Source: Octopus sinensis
Taxonomy: Eukaryota
DNA: 64,000 nt
Direction: 5' to 3'
Assembly (NCBI RefSeq): GCF_006345805.1
Contig: NC_043001.1
Span: 44,516,001 to 44,580,000, forward strand
The position numbers and the translations under genes are program-made. Positions 52,098 through 64,000 of this stretch are shown here, in pieces (position 1 is the stretch's first letter; the number at the start of each line of letters is the position of its first letter). The notes under the pieces are model-generated. The model did not search any database. It was not told the DNA's origin and saw nothing but the letters and a program-made list of their open reading frames with translations.

Positions 52098-52487
52098 TAC
52101 TCTTTTTTTACTCTTTTACTTGTTTCAATCATTTGACTGCGGCCATGCTGGAGCACCGCCTTTAGTCGAGCAACACGACCCCGGGACTTATACTTTGTAA
52201 GCCCAGTACTTATTCTATCGGTCTCTTTTGCCGAACCCGCTAAGTGGACGGGGACGTACCACACCAGCATCGGTTGTCAAGCAATGCTAGGCGGACAAAC
52301 ACAAACACATATATATATATATACATATATAACAGGCTTCTTCAGTTTCTGTCTACCAAATCCACTCACAAGGCATTGGTCGGCCGGGGCTATAGCAGAA
52401 GACACTTGCCCAAGATGCCACGCAGTGGGACTGAACCCGGAACCATGTGGTTGGTTAGCAAGCTACTTACCACACAGCCACTCCTGC
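52098..52487 (-). mobile_element. SINE family B, young (partial copies also at ~29355-29530, 50570-50700, 51790-51990, 53688-53925)
   Basis: Near-identical to 21491-21896. Confidence 0.92.
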
Positions 52488-52921
52488 AACGAATAACATT
52501 TTTCTTTCTTTAATTTCAGCTGGTCTTTCTTTCTTTGTCCCATTCTCTCTTTCTCGATTTAATAACTTAAATTCTAGATACTCTCAATTTTTCTTCTCCC
52601 GCCTGCCCTAATTCTTCGTTTCGCTCCTTCTCTCCCCCACTCTTACTCTTCTCCGGCTTCTCTTCTCGGTTTACTGTTTCTCTATCTATATCTTTCCCTT
52701 TTCCTACCCCTCTTGCATTCACTCTCTATATTACGTCTCATCACTCTCTCTTTACTTTCTTCTTTTCATTCATCCATTCTTTGCAAAAACAGACCTTTTC
52801 CATCTTTTCTTCTTCCTCTCTGTGTGCGTGTGAGTGTGTGTATGTCATTGTTCATGTATATATGTATGTATTTACCACATATATACGTATACATACATAC
52901 ATACATACATACATACATACA

Positions 52922-52954
<33 letters not shown>

Positions 52955-53074
52955 GCACATACCTACATCTATATGTATACATACATGCATATATGGGTAC
53001 AGGACATAAAAAAAACGTTGAGCACAATGATAAACGAAAACATAAAAAACAAAAACATGGAAATATATATATAG

Positions 53075-53108
<34 letters not shown>

Positions 53109-53482
53109 CTATATATTATATATATATATATGTAGGCTTCACTTCCATACACTTCTATATTTCGTCCTTAGTCGAAAGACACCTGTTGTTATGCCCTGTT
53201 ATTTGCATTTGTATTTGTGTACCATTTCTCCGGTTTTTTTTTCGCCCTTGTTTTCGTATACATTCGCTGCTTTCTTCCAAGGAATCTAGTGCTCTTAGCT
53301 TATTTTTTCCTTGGAGCTGGCCAGATTGGAGCAATCTCGAGTATAACCACCCGAAATTGCAAAGATAATCTGGAACTCGACTGAGGAAAGAAAACTCCAA
53401 ATGACCCGTCCTTGTTTTTTCTTGTCCCTTTTTTGTATCATCTGTCTGGATGTTTTGCGTTCTTGTCCCATTTTTTGTATTC

Positions 53483-53579
<97 letters not shown>

Positions 53580-53653
53580 CACACATACAATAATAACCTC
53601 GGTTTACGAACGCCTCTGAGCACGAATAAACCGTGTTCTAATATATATCTATA

Positions 53654-53689
<36 letters not shown>

Positions 53690-53955
53690 GTGAATTTGGT
53701 AGACAGAAACTGTGTGGAAGCCTGTCATATATGTGTGTATGTGCGTGTATCCATGTGTGTCTTTTTGTTTGTGTTTGTCCTCTCCCACCACCGCTTCACA
53801 ACCATTGTTGGTGTGTTCACGCCCCTGTAACGTAGCGGTTCGGCAAAACTAACGATAAAACAAGTACCAGACTTCAAAAAATATATGTACTGGGGTCGAT
53901 TTGACCGAAATAAGTGAGAGATAAAAGAGACAAACAGAAATACAGACAGACAGAC

Positions 53956-54022
<67 letters not shown>

Positions 54023-55609
54023 AATTCCGGCCTCGTTCTCTAGTCTTTCTCTATTTTTTATAAATCCCCATTTTCTTCCGTTTATCCCTCTCTATCTTTA
54101 CTTATATTTCCTCTCCATCGCCTTTCTACTTCTTCAAACTTCTAACTTAATTTCTCTTTCTCTATCTGTCTCTCTATCTCTATCTCTTTCTCTCCGTCTC
54201 TCTCTCTCTCCAATCCCTTTTCCTTCCCCTCCCTACTCTCTTTCCTCCCTCCTCCCGCTCTCTTTCTCTCTCTTTTGTCTTTCTGTCTCTTCCTCTCTAT
54301 TGCACTTATTCTCTTAGATTGGGAAGACATAGGAGAGAGAGTAACAGAAAAAGAGAGGCAAAGACAGAGTAATAGATAGGGAAGTAACAAAGAAAGAATA
54401 AGTGAGAGAGTGAAAGAGAAAGGAAAGTTGCAGGAAAGAGTGGCGTGTTTGTCTATGGGAGAAGGAAGGAGGTTTTATGGCTTACAGAGTTGACAGGGTG
54501 CAAGAAGGGTGAGACATTTGGGAGGGAAGAGAAATGGATGATGAGTGTGGTTAAGAGAAGACGAAGTCTAGACGGATTCGAGAGAGAGAGAGAGAAAGAG
54601 TCCGAGGGAGTGGAGAAAGAGGAACGATTAAAACAGACGCCGGAGTGACACGGATAAAAAAGAGAAAGAGAAAGGGCGACGGAGAGCTAAGGAAGGGTTG
54701 GAGAGGAAAACAGAGAAGCAGAGAGGGAAGAGAGGAGAGATAACAGAAATGAGACATACTCTTTCTCTTTCGCTCTTACACCTTCTCTTTCTCTCTCTGT
54801 TTTGTACTTTTTCCCCGTTCATTACGATGCCACCCCCACCCTCTCGACCACTATTACCAATACCACAAAAATTACCACCATTACCACCTCCACTGTGATT
54901 TACCACCACCACAACCTCCATCATCACCACTGTAATCTCCACTATCAACACCACCATCATTCGTCCATAACCAACACTATTAACATCACCATCACTATCG
55001 CCATCATCCTTCTATCAGTATTACGTTGATTACCAACACCACTACTCTCGGTAGAATTAATTTCTCTAACCATCGTCGTCACCATCACCCGTTACAATAA
55101 AGCGGGAGTCATCTAAGTGGTCGCTCGACCTGCTAGAAATAGCAGTCGAATATTCCTGAAATCTCAGTTTATCATCATCCTAAACAAGAGCGGTCTCGTT
55201 GAATATTCGATACACTGTTTGAATGGTCATTGTTGAAACGCCGTTAATCAACCTCAGGTCAGCCCAGTCCGGACAAACCGGGCTAAAAAGATAATAACAT
55301 AACCCATCTTACACCACAACAATCTCACTGTGACCATCACTGCTACTATAACAATCACCATCGTCACCACCACCACCACCAACACATCCTTCACTACTTC
55401 TAAACCCACCCCTATGACCACCACCACCACCACCACCACCTTCTTCATCGCTACTTCAGTCATTACTATTGGGCTTAACCGAAGGGTGGGAATCCCTAAA
55501 CTTTCCTTTATTTCGTCCCTCCTCCACCGCTGCTATTAACGGTTGAACGGCGGAAAATGAGTGTATGTGTCTGTAAAGGGGAGACAGAAAGAGCGAGAGC
55601 AAGCGAGCG

Positions 55610-55648
<39 letters not shown>

Positions 55649-58586
55649 AGTTTGTTGCCCACTATATACTCTGCCTTCCTTTTCTTATCTTTCCCCTGTG
55701 AAACTCCATCACCATCATCATTATCATCAACGTACAGCGCCGCTGCAATTACCATTTCACTGGAGTAAGGGGTAGGAAATAAAAGAAAAAAGTAGAGAGA
55801 AAGAATGAGAGATGAATGTGGTAGGGAGGCTTAATTTGATTTTTTTTTTTTTTTTCAGAAGGTAAAGAATAAAAAAAATCACGCATCGATACCGCTACCG
55901 CCGCCGTCGCCGCTATCATGATTATGGTGGAGAAAAGGAAAATTTTAGGAAAAGAGACGGAGAAAAAGATCGAGAGGAGCAGCATGAGGATTGCTTTATT
56001 AAACTTCTATTCGTTTTCAGTTTTTTTTTTTTGGGGGGGGGCTGTGATAGAGGTTGGGAATTGGTGAGTTTTAATACTTGGTTTTATTACTCCTATAGTC
56101 ACAATCGCTCCTGTTGCCCCCCCCACACACACACCTCAGCAGCACAAGCATCATCATCACCACCACCACCACCACCACTACCACCACCAGCTACAACGTC
56201 ACCATTTTCGGATGAACGGAAAATTCGAGGGTGGTGGAAGGTGCAGTTTGGATGTACGGAGAGAGTTTGAAAGGGAAAGCTAACTATATTCCCTCCACCC
56301 TGCACACACACACACACACACACACACATTACTCTTACTTTTTCTAAGCCCCTCCCTGCTTCCCTCTCCCTCTCTCTCTCTCTCTCTCTTCTTCTCTCCG
56401 TTATTGCAGCCCTATTCTATATTCTCCCCCCTCCTTCTTCTCATCCCAGGTAGCCTCCATCGCCACCACTCGGCAACTTTTTCCTGTCAGTCCTAGGTTG
56501 TGTGTATATAGCGGTTAGTCGTGTTGAAAGGCAGCATAGAAGATTGGACTTGTACACGCACATACTCACGCGTGTATATATAAATGTTGTATATATATAT
56601 ATATGAATATAGATAAATTATATATATATATATATACGTATATATTTATATTTATATATATGTATATATATATATCTATGAAAAATGTCTAGAATACTAA
56701 TATTATTTAGTATTTATATATAGTAACAAATATATATATATATATATATATATTACAATATGTTTATATATATATTCACAGACATATATGTACACAAACA
56801 TGGATATTTAACAGAGGGAAGTGTCCCATTCATTACCAACAACTTCTAAAATTATTCATGGTTTCTTACACAACTACAGTAACAATAACAAGTACATCAT
56901 TATTATCATTATCAACAACGACATTATCACTATCAACATCATCTTTATTATCATCATTGTTTTCAATATCGAGATCTTACAAGCAAAGGAAGTCTACTTT
57001 ACCAGAACGCTTTGTTATATATTCACTTCAGGCTATCTAAATATTGTTATATACTCGTGTCTATATATACCCGTGTCTTATTATATATATATATATAAAA
57101 AACAGGTTTGTAAAAGTCTTTATTTTAACTTTATTTTTCGTTCTTCCTTTGTTGTTGTTATTTTTGTTGTTGTGGTTGTTTTTGTTGTTGTTGTTGTGGC
57201 GGGCACCGTTGAGTAATGGAGACGAAAGCTAAGCTTCCGGTCCGGTGAATCTAGTCTGCGACCCGGTTTCGAATTCAGGAGTTTGAGGGGATGTTAAGTT
57301 AGGGGTTTTTTGTAGCGATAGCTCCCTTCAGTTATGTCGCTTAGGCTCCTGAAAAAGTCCTGAACATCACATAATCTCATTTCTTCTATTTCTTTTATAA
57401 ACCTGAATTCTGTATCCTTTTGAGATCGATAAAATGAAATAGCAGTTATACACGGATCCATATTTTCGGCGCTGAACTCCTTTCCCTACAAAATTTCACC
57501 CACCCACCCACCGTAAATGCTAGATTTAGAAGTGAAATTTTCTTCGTCATACCCTACCTTTAACGTTTACTAAAAAGAGAAGACACGTTAGATAATGTAG
57601 TTCTAGATATATTATACTTAATGAGGGAAAAAAGCCGGAACAGTCACGGCTGGTATATTTTTGAAGTAAGCGTAGGATTTTGGATTACCTTGAGGATAAA
57701 CAACAACATCAAACTCATTATTTGCTTAAAAGCTTTCAGAAAATCTTAAACACCACAGCATCTCATTTTTGTTCTCCCGCCTTTAAGCCTTAAGCTTTGA
57801 ACCTTCTCTTGGAATCATTCATTTTTACCTCTCAGAAAAGCATGCACAATATTTCCGATTTCCCCCACACTCGGCGTCCTTTTTATGTTAAGGATCCGTT
57901 GAATTTTTCTTTCCACTTCGATATGGGTTGCACCTCACAAGCGTACCCCTTATTTCCGCCCCCCCCCGCCTTCTCACCCTTCTCTAATAATTACAAAGGT
58001 CTCGTGAGTGATGTTATAACTCGTTCATGTTTACTTTTCGTAAGCCAAGAATGCGCTACAGTGAGAAGGCCAACTATGTGGTCATTCGGTCTGCTAGAAA
58101 TAGCAGCCAAATCTCTCTCAAATCACAGCATATCAACCAAAGATGGTAACCAAAAATATAGATATTGTAGTCCTTGTTACACTTAAAGGGATAGTCACAA
58201 CTGGAATACCTTTCATAAGTCTGTTCAATCAGGACTAACAACAAATAGCATATCGATATCTGAACCATCGAACACCCTTTGTCTGAGATTGGTAATATCT
58301 ATCTTTCAGAAAGGCATGTACGCCACAACTTAACATTCTGTCCTCCTTACATTACCCAGTAAGAGAGTCTCTACGTGGTCGCTCGATCTGCTAGAAATAG
58401 CAGCCAAATTACCCCTCAAATTGCACCCTAAGGTCTAAAAACTGGAATGACACATCGGATAATATCTGAGGTATACTTAAGAAAAAAGACGGTGTGGCCA
58501 TAGTTGGAATGTCTTTGATCATAGATCTGCTGCATTAGGACTGACCTAGGGACAAACAATAATATCTGAAAAGGAACCTGTGTACC

Positions 58587-58984
58587 CAGGTTCGGATTAA
58601 GGCCATCTCATACCCTAAGCACAGCCCAACAATGGTACCTCCTCGGCCATTCTATTGTTTGATTGTTGAATATGCAATAATCATTAAAAATCTGGTTTTC
58701 GTTTAAGCCGTCCCCTGGCTAGTTGCAGCAGACCCACATCCATATTAAATATGTCCTGTTTTATTATTATTTTTTTCAATACCAATTAAGAGATGTAAAT
58801 TATTTACTTATAACAAAGGCAACGGGAAATAATACAATTTTTTATTGCTTTCTTGTTGGGAGCCCTATTCATCTACAACATTGGCACTATAGCAGATCCG
58901 GACGAGAAAAAGAAAACTCTGGTGCCCCCTTCCCTTGATACTCTAAGCACGTGCATATTTTGCTTAATGGTTAAACCGGGTCTG
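58587..58984. mobile_element. Degenerate hAT-like MITE
   Basis: CAGGTTCGGATTAA / TTAAACCGGGTCTG imperfect TIRs; repeated CTAAGCAC subterminal motif. Confidence 0.4.
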
Positions 58985-60401
58985 CTTGTGCCTATGTTGA
59001 AAAAATTATATTTTGTTTTTGTATTTGAAAACGGGATGAATATCACAACATCCGCTTTATTCGTTTCCTGTGCCTCTCTAATCTTGTGCCTCCCCACCCC
59101 CACTGTTCTTGACTCATTCTCTTTCTCTCACTGGCCAACTTACACAATGTGGTTTCATTATCTAATGTTAAAGAACAACACACACACACACACACTACAT
59201 ATATATATATAAAGTTAAACAGCACCTCACAAAGGGAGTCTTCGCAGTCGCTCGTGCTACTAGAACTAGCAGCCAAATCACCCGTAAAAATCACACTCCA
59301 TCGTTTGATACAGACGTTGATATTGTTTAGCCCCAGGTCAACGCTGATTTATGATATTTTTCTTAACTGTATGTCTAGGCCTACATTATCTAATATGCCC
59401 TTCATTTCCTTATTAAGTACGATGAATATGAGAAATTCAACTGCTTTTTCTTTTTTCTGTTAACTCGATTTACTACATTGGATCAAATGTAGTCCAACAA
59501 CACGACTAAAAATATTTTCCTTTCGCAAGAAATGCACGAGTCTCACAGTTTCATATTGCCGGGAGGTAGAAGACCTCTTAAAAACTGACGTTTTGTAGTG
59601 ACTATGTATAGAGAGAATTCGTCGGAAACATGGTGGGGAGGAAAAAAAAACTTTCACATTTCTATGGTTATCTAAATTAGCTTATTTTACTTCCTAACTT
59701 TTTTTTGTTTTGTCTGAACGTCTATCAGGTGTTCATCTGGCAATCGATGTAGCCGTCTCTACCTGTATTTTTGTCTGCTTGTCCAGTATGCACACCCACG
59801 CGCGTTCTCTCTCTCTCTCTCTTACTCACTCTCTCACACATTTTTACACACACACACACACACAACACAAACATATATATGTGTATGTATGTATATGTTT
59901 GTATGTATTCATCATACATCATCTCCTTCTCTAAATGTATATATGTGCGAGTGTGTTTGTGCGTGTATATGTTTTACTGTTTTGATCGAGCGTACAAACC
60001 TGTATTGGCAAAATCCTTCCAGCCGTGACGATCCCACTGGTTTTTATTTTCAAGCAGTGGAGCACCAGACGATATAACTATATAATGTATCCTTCCGTTT
60101 TCTTTTTAAAAGATTAGGATATGATTGGAGGGAGACTAAACAAGCAACCATCGTTGATTCGAATGCATGTGTTTAAGAAATAATTATTAGCAGGTAAGGA
60201 AAGGTAAAATATACTGGAGGAGAGGTGCAGAGAGGTATGATGAGAAGCTGTACCTTTTATGCTTCACTCCATCATTGGTGATATGTGACTTGTTAGTGTT
60301 TGCTGTTTTACCTAGTCTACGGATTTTTTCATTCCCTAAACCATAAGGGCTTTGGGAATGTCACACACTAAGATATGTGCGTGTCTCTATACACACACAC
60401 A

Positions 60402-60432
<31 letters not shown>

Positions 60433-60926
60433 CACATTTGTCCTCATTTTTGTTATTTTGGGGGTTAGTCATAGAAGGGAGGGTAACCCCCTCCTCCTCC
60501 AGTACCATTTTCAGGATCACTGAGACCGATGAGAGACTGGAAAGAAATTGTCCCCAGATCGGAGATCTGGCCTAAATGCTTGCAACAGACTGAAATCTGC
60601 TATAAGGGCACACAAGGGCCAGGTGTTGGTGTGTGAAACTGGATCGACGGAAGCTGTTTACTGACTGCAAAACACACACACATACATTAACACATTTACA
60701 ATCGCACATACGCTTGTCCATTCATACCGATATGTTTGCGTGTGTGTGTGTGTGTGTGTGTGATAATTAAAACTGAAACTACTTCTCCAGAGTTTCACCC
60801 TTTGGATTGTCAGGCAAAAACTGCTTCCATATTCAAAAGTTGTACCTTAAATTGTGATCATTCGATATTTTTGTCTCGAATACTTTTTCTCGTCTTTGCT
60901 CTCATTTCTTCTTTCTCTTCTTACCC

Positions 60927-60966
<40 letters not shown>

Positions 60967-60973
60967 ACACACA

Positions 60974-61016
<43 letters not shown>

Positions 61017-61047
61017 ATATTATATATATATATATATATATTATATA

Positions 61048-61180
61048 TGTTCCTTTCTGTGGAAGAGCGTAGGCTCGAAAACGTTAAAGACTTTTTCACT
61101 CCCGAGTGTTAAACTAATACATCTGTTTGTTGTCTACACCACCTGTCTTCGTCTTTTGTTTTTCTTTTGTGAATTCTCCC
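61048..61180 (+). mobile_element. Short PLE-type terminal element in (TA)n with minimal HHR-like motif (61053-61089)
   Basis: CTTT-CTGTGGA-A-GAGC-GTAG-GCTC-GAAA-ACGTT-AAAG; (TA)n on both sides; same family as 7396-7585. Confidence 0.7.
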
Positions 61181-61282
<102 letters not shown>

Positions 61283-64000
61283 TGAAAGAGTGTAAGGGGG
61301 TAAAGAATACGCACACCACCCGTTTTCAGTGTAACATAAACTCTAATCCTAATTACCGGGTGTGCGTATTCTTTACCTTCATTAAGAGAAAAACAGAGAT
61401 GTAATACACACACAGTAGTTTTACAGGCGACAACGATTAGAAGAAAAACATTCCAAACTATAACACAGAAACACAGGTAGAAAGTCATGCACAAACTTAT
61501 TAGATCTCACACTTGCAAACATTCGTGTTCGTAAAATGTTTTCATATTTGCATGTTCTCGAATATGAAACATTTTAACATATGATGGTATAACAAGATAA
61601 GGGTGTGGAAGGTATCAGTTATATTAGTAGTTGTATATAATGTAAGTATATCATTAATATGTTACATAGTATATATGTCAAGAGAGATAGAAGGATAGGG
61701 ACAGACGGACACGGATTTTTATTTATTTGAAGTAGTTAAGTTTGTGTTATGCTTGCATTATGTTTCTGAAGCAGTCTTTCTACCTTCATTTAATCACTGT
61801 ATCCCTATGTTGTATGTTATATATTATATTTGTATACATCTCCAAACCCCAGAGGCGAATTCTAACAAATAACAACGAACTAGTTCTAAATACTAAATAA
61901 ATAAGTAAGTGGACATGATTAACACTGGAAAACCATTAAATGTGAAACCCGTCACGTTTCCATTGTGCAGAAGAAAGAAAGAGGAGAAAAAACGGGAGAA
62001 AGGAAGATTAGAAAAACGCCTTCGCCTCTTCGACAACGAAAGAAGTCAGCGGCAATTTTTAGTGACTTTATCACTCTTTAGGGAAACCAGTTTTGAATAT
62101 ATGGGAGAATAAGTGTGAGGTGTCGAATCAACAAGGGAGCTTCCACGTTAAGGGTTCAGTCTTAAAATGGGAACCAAAAACCAAAAGTCTGAGGGTATGC
62201 CACTCGAACCCTGAGAAAAAAAGAAAACAGAGGAAAAATTCAAAAAGCCTTATGATTGATTTTCTTTTCTGTTCCTTGTTATCTGTAAAGTTAAACTCAC
62301 GTCTAATATAACTGGATTAGGATAATGATTTTGATAGTCTGGCAAAGCGGGTATGATGGCATATTGGCCAATTCTTTGAGGTCGAGACTCGTAGAAAAGA
62401 TAAGAACCTCTGCTCTATGTAGTCGTTTGACCGGCTAGAAATAACAGCCAAAAATCTCTCGAAGCGATACCCTATTGCCTTAAAAAAAACTGGTATACAC
62501 TACGTCTGAAAACAGATTGGGGTAGTTACAGCTGGGACAAATAGGTTGGGGTAGTTAGAGCTGGGACGTCATTTATCAGAGGTCTCCTGGTTCAGCACTG
62601 ATATGTGGGTAAACAGCTCTACTGAAGAAGCCTCTGTGAGGTCGCATGAGCAGCTAAATCTCCCTCATATCACTTCCTACCGTCTCAAGAAAAAAGGGCG
62701 CATTAAGTAATGCAGTACTACATAGCTCTTATACAAGACTTAGTCACTGTTGATCTTTGGTCTACGCTAACTTGTGGTTAAACAACCAGATATACGAACC
62801 GACGGGGATTAATCATCTGGTTGCTAGATATAGTTGCCAAATCACTAAATAAAGCTCTTCCGTTTGTCCTCAATACACTGAGAGTTTAAATGAATGAATG
62901 AATAGCGGAATTTCTTTTAAGTACTTTAGTTTCATTGTTGCTAGCTTTCTAATCATTTCTGTAAAAATTGTAGGCATATTTCTGTTATACACACATACAT
63001 ACATACATAGATGTGTGTGTGTGTGTGTGTGTGTGTAGGCACGTGGCCTAGTGTAAGGGGTATTGCACTCACGTTTGCAAGATTGTGGTTTCGATTCCAA
63101 GACTGGCACTGCGTTGTAAAAACACATTGGTCCACTCCACTCAGCAGTAACTGTGTAAACCCTACGACAGACTAGTGTTCCGTTGGTCTAGTCAACAGGG
63201 TGGCATCATTCTCGAAAACCACAACAATGCGAGGAAACGCATTGTGACCAGTGGTGTATAACAGCATCCGATAGTCTAATCGATAGAGTGATGTATATAT
63301 ACAATGGGTTTTTAAAAAAAATTTATAACTATTTTTACGCTTATAATTCTTTTTATATAGATGTGCAACTTCGTTGTTTTGAACCATATTGGATCTCTCT
63401 GAACAGGCATGACCAAACATATTCTAGCCAAATTCTTCACATCTTTTTTAAGGCATCATATGTCTAGAACTACTATTATCTAATATTCATTAGTTTGTTC
63501 TACCCGCCACACGCACAAGGCCATGCTAGAGCACCACATTTTTAAGGACAGGCGGGTGTAGTTTTAAGAATTGACTGCTATTTCTCGCAGATCGAAAGGG
63601 GTTCGTATTGGCTCGTGCAGTTTATGCAAAATCAGTAAAGTGTCAGACAAAATGCCTTTTGGCCTCTTCACATTCCGAATTCAGATCACGCTGGTGTCGA
63701 TTTCGATGATCGATAAAATAAGAACTGAAGTTAACATAATATACTGTCTCCGATACAGGCGACAATTGACCCCTCAGAGATTCGACGAGAGAACAGGGGA
63801 GACCAGTGAAATCTAAGAAGAGATTTAATCAGTCAACTATTGTTTAGTTGTTTAGGAGATTATATCGAGCATGTGGAAACCGCTAGTCTTTACAATATAT
63901 AGGTGTTTGCTGCTAGTGACGGAGGAATGCCGTGAAACGTAAGACCGATAGGTAATTTGTCGGTTTACAAGCACGTGTGTACATAGCTTGTAAACTAATG

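Overview
AT-rich eukaryotic non-coding DNA saturated with microsatellites. The repeat families look like those of Octopus (coleoid cephalopod); this is pattern recognition, not a database search. I find no intact host protein-coding gene, and nearly all listed ORFs are translations of microsatellites or low-complexity tracts. The window is a mosaic of decayed mobile elements: a Penelope-like (PLE) RT/GIY-YIG remnant, R4/Dong-like LINE remnants, Tc1/mariner elements and MITEs, Helitron pieces, and several tRNA-derived SINE families. The most interesting signal is a set of short non-coding elements lodged in (TA)n/(TG)n tracts that carry hammerhead-ribozyme (HHR) folds. Two have canonical CUGAUGA/GAAA/GUA cores inside long inverted repeats (2846-3062, 18770-18896), and several others have non-canonical cores. 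Together with the PLE remnant, whose inverted terminal repeat holds a tRNA-like Pol III promoter, they suggest a microsatellite-targeting, ribozyme-bearing non-autonomous PLE/retrozyme-like system. PLE-associated HHRs are known in general; whether these particular families are described is unchecked. Other oddities are SINEs with 1, 2 or 3 body units joined by an identical hairpin junction, a foldback mariner, and a MITE with an internal telomeric motif.
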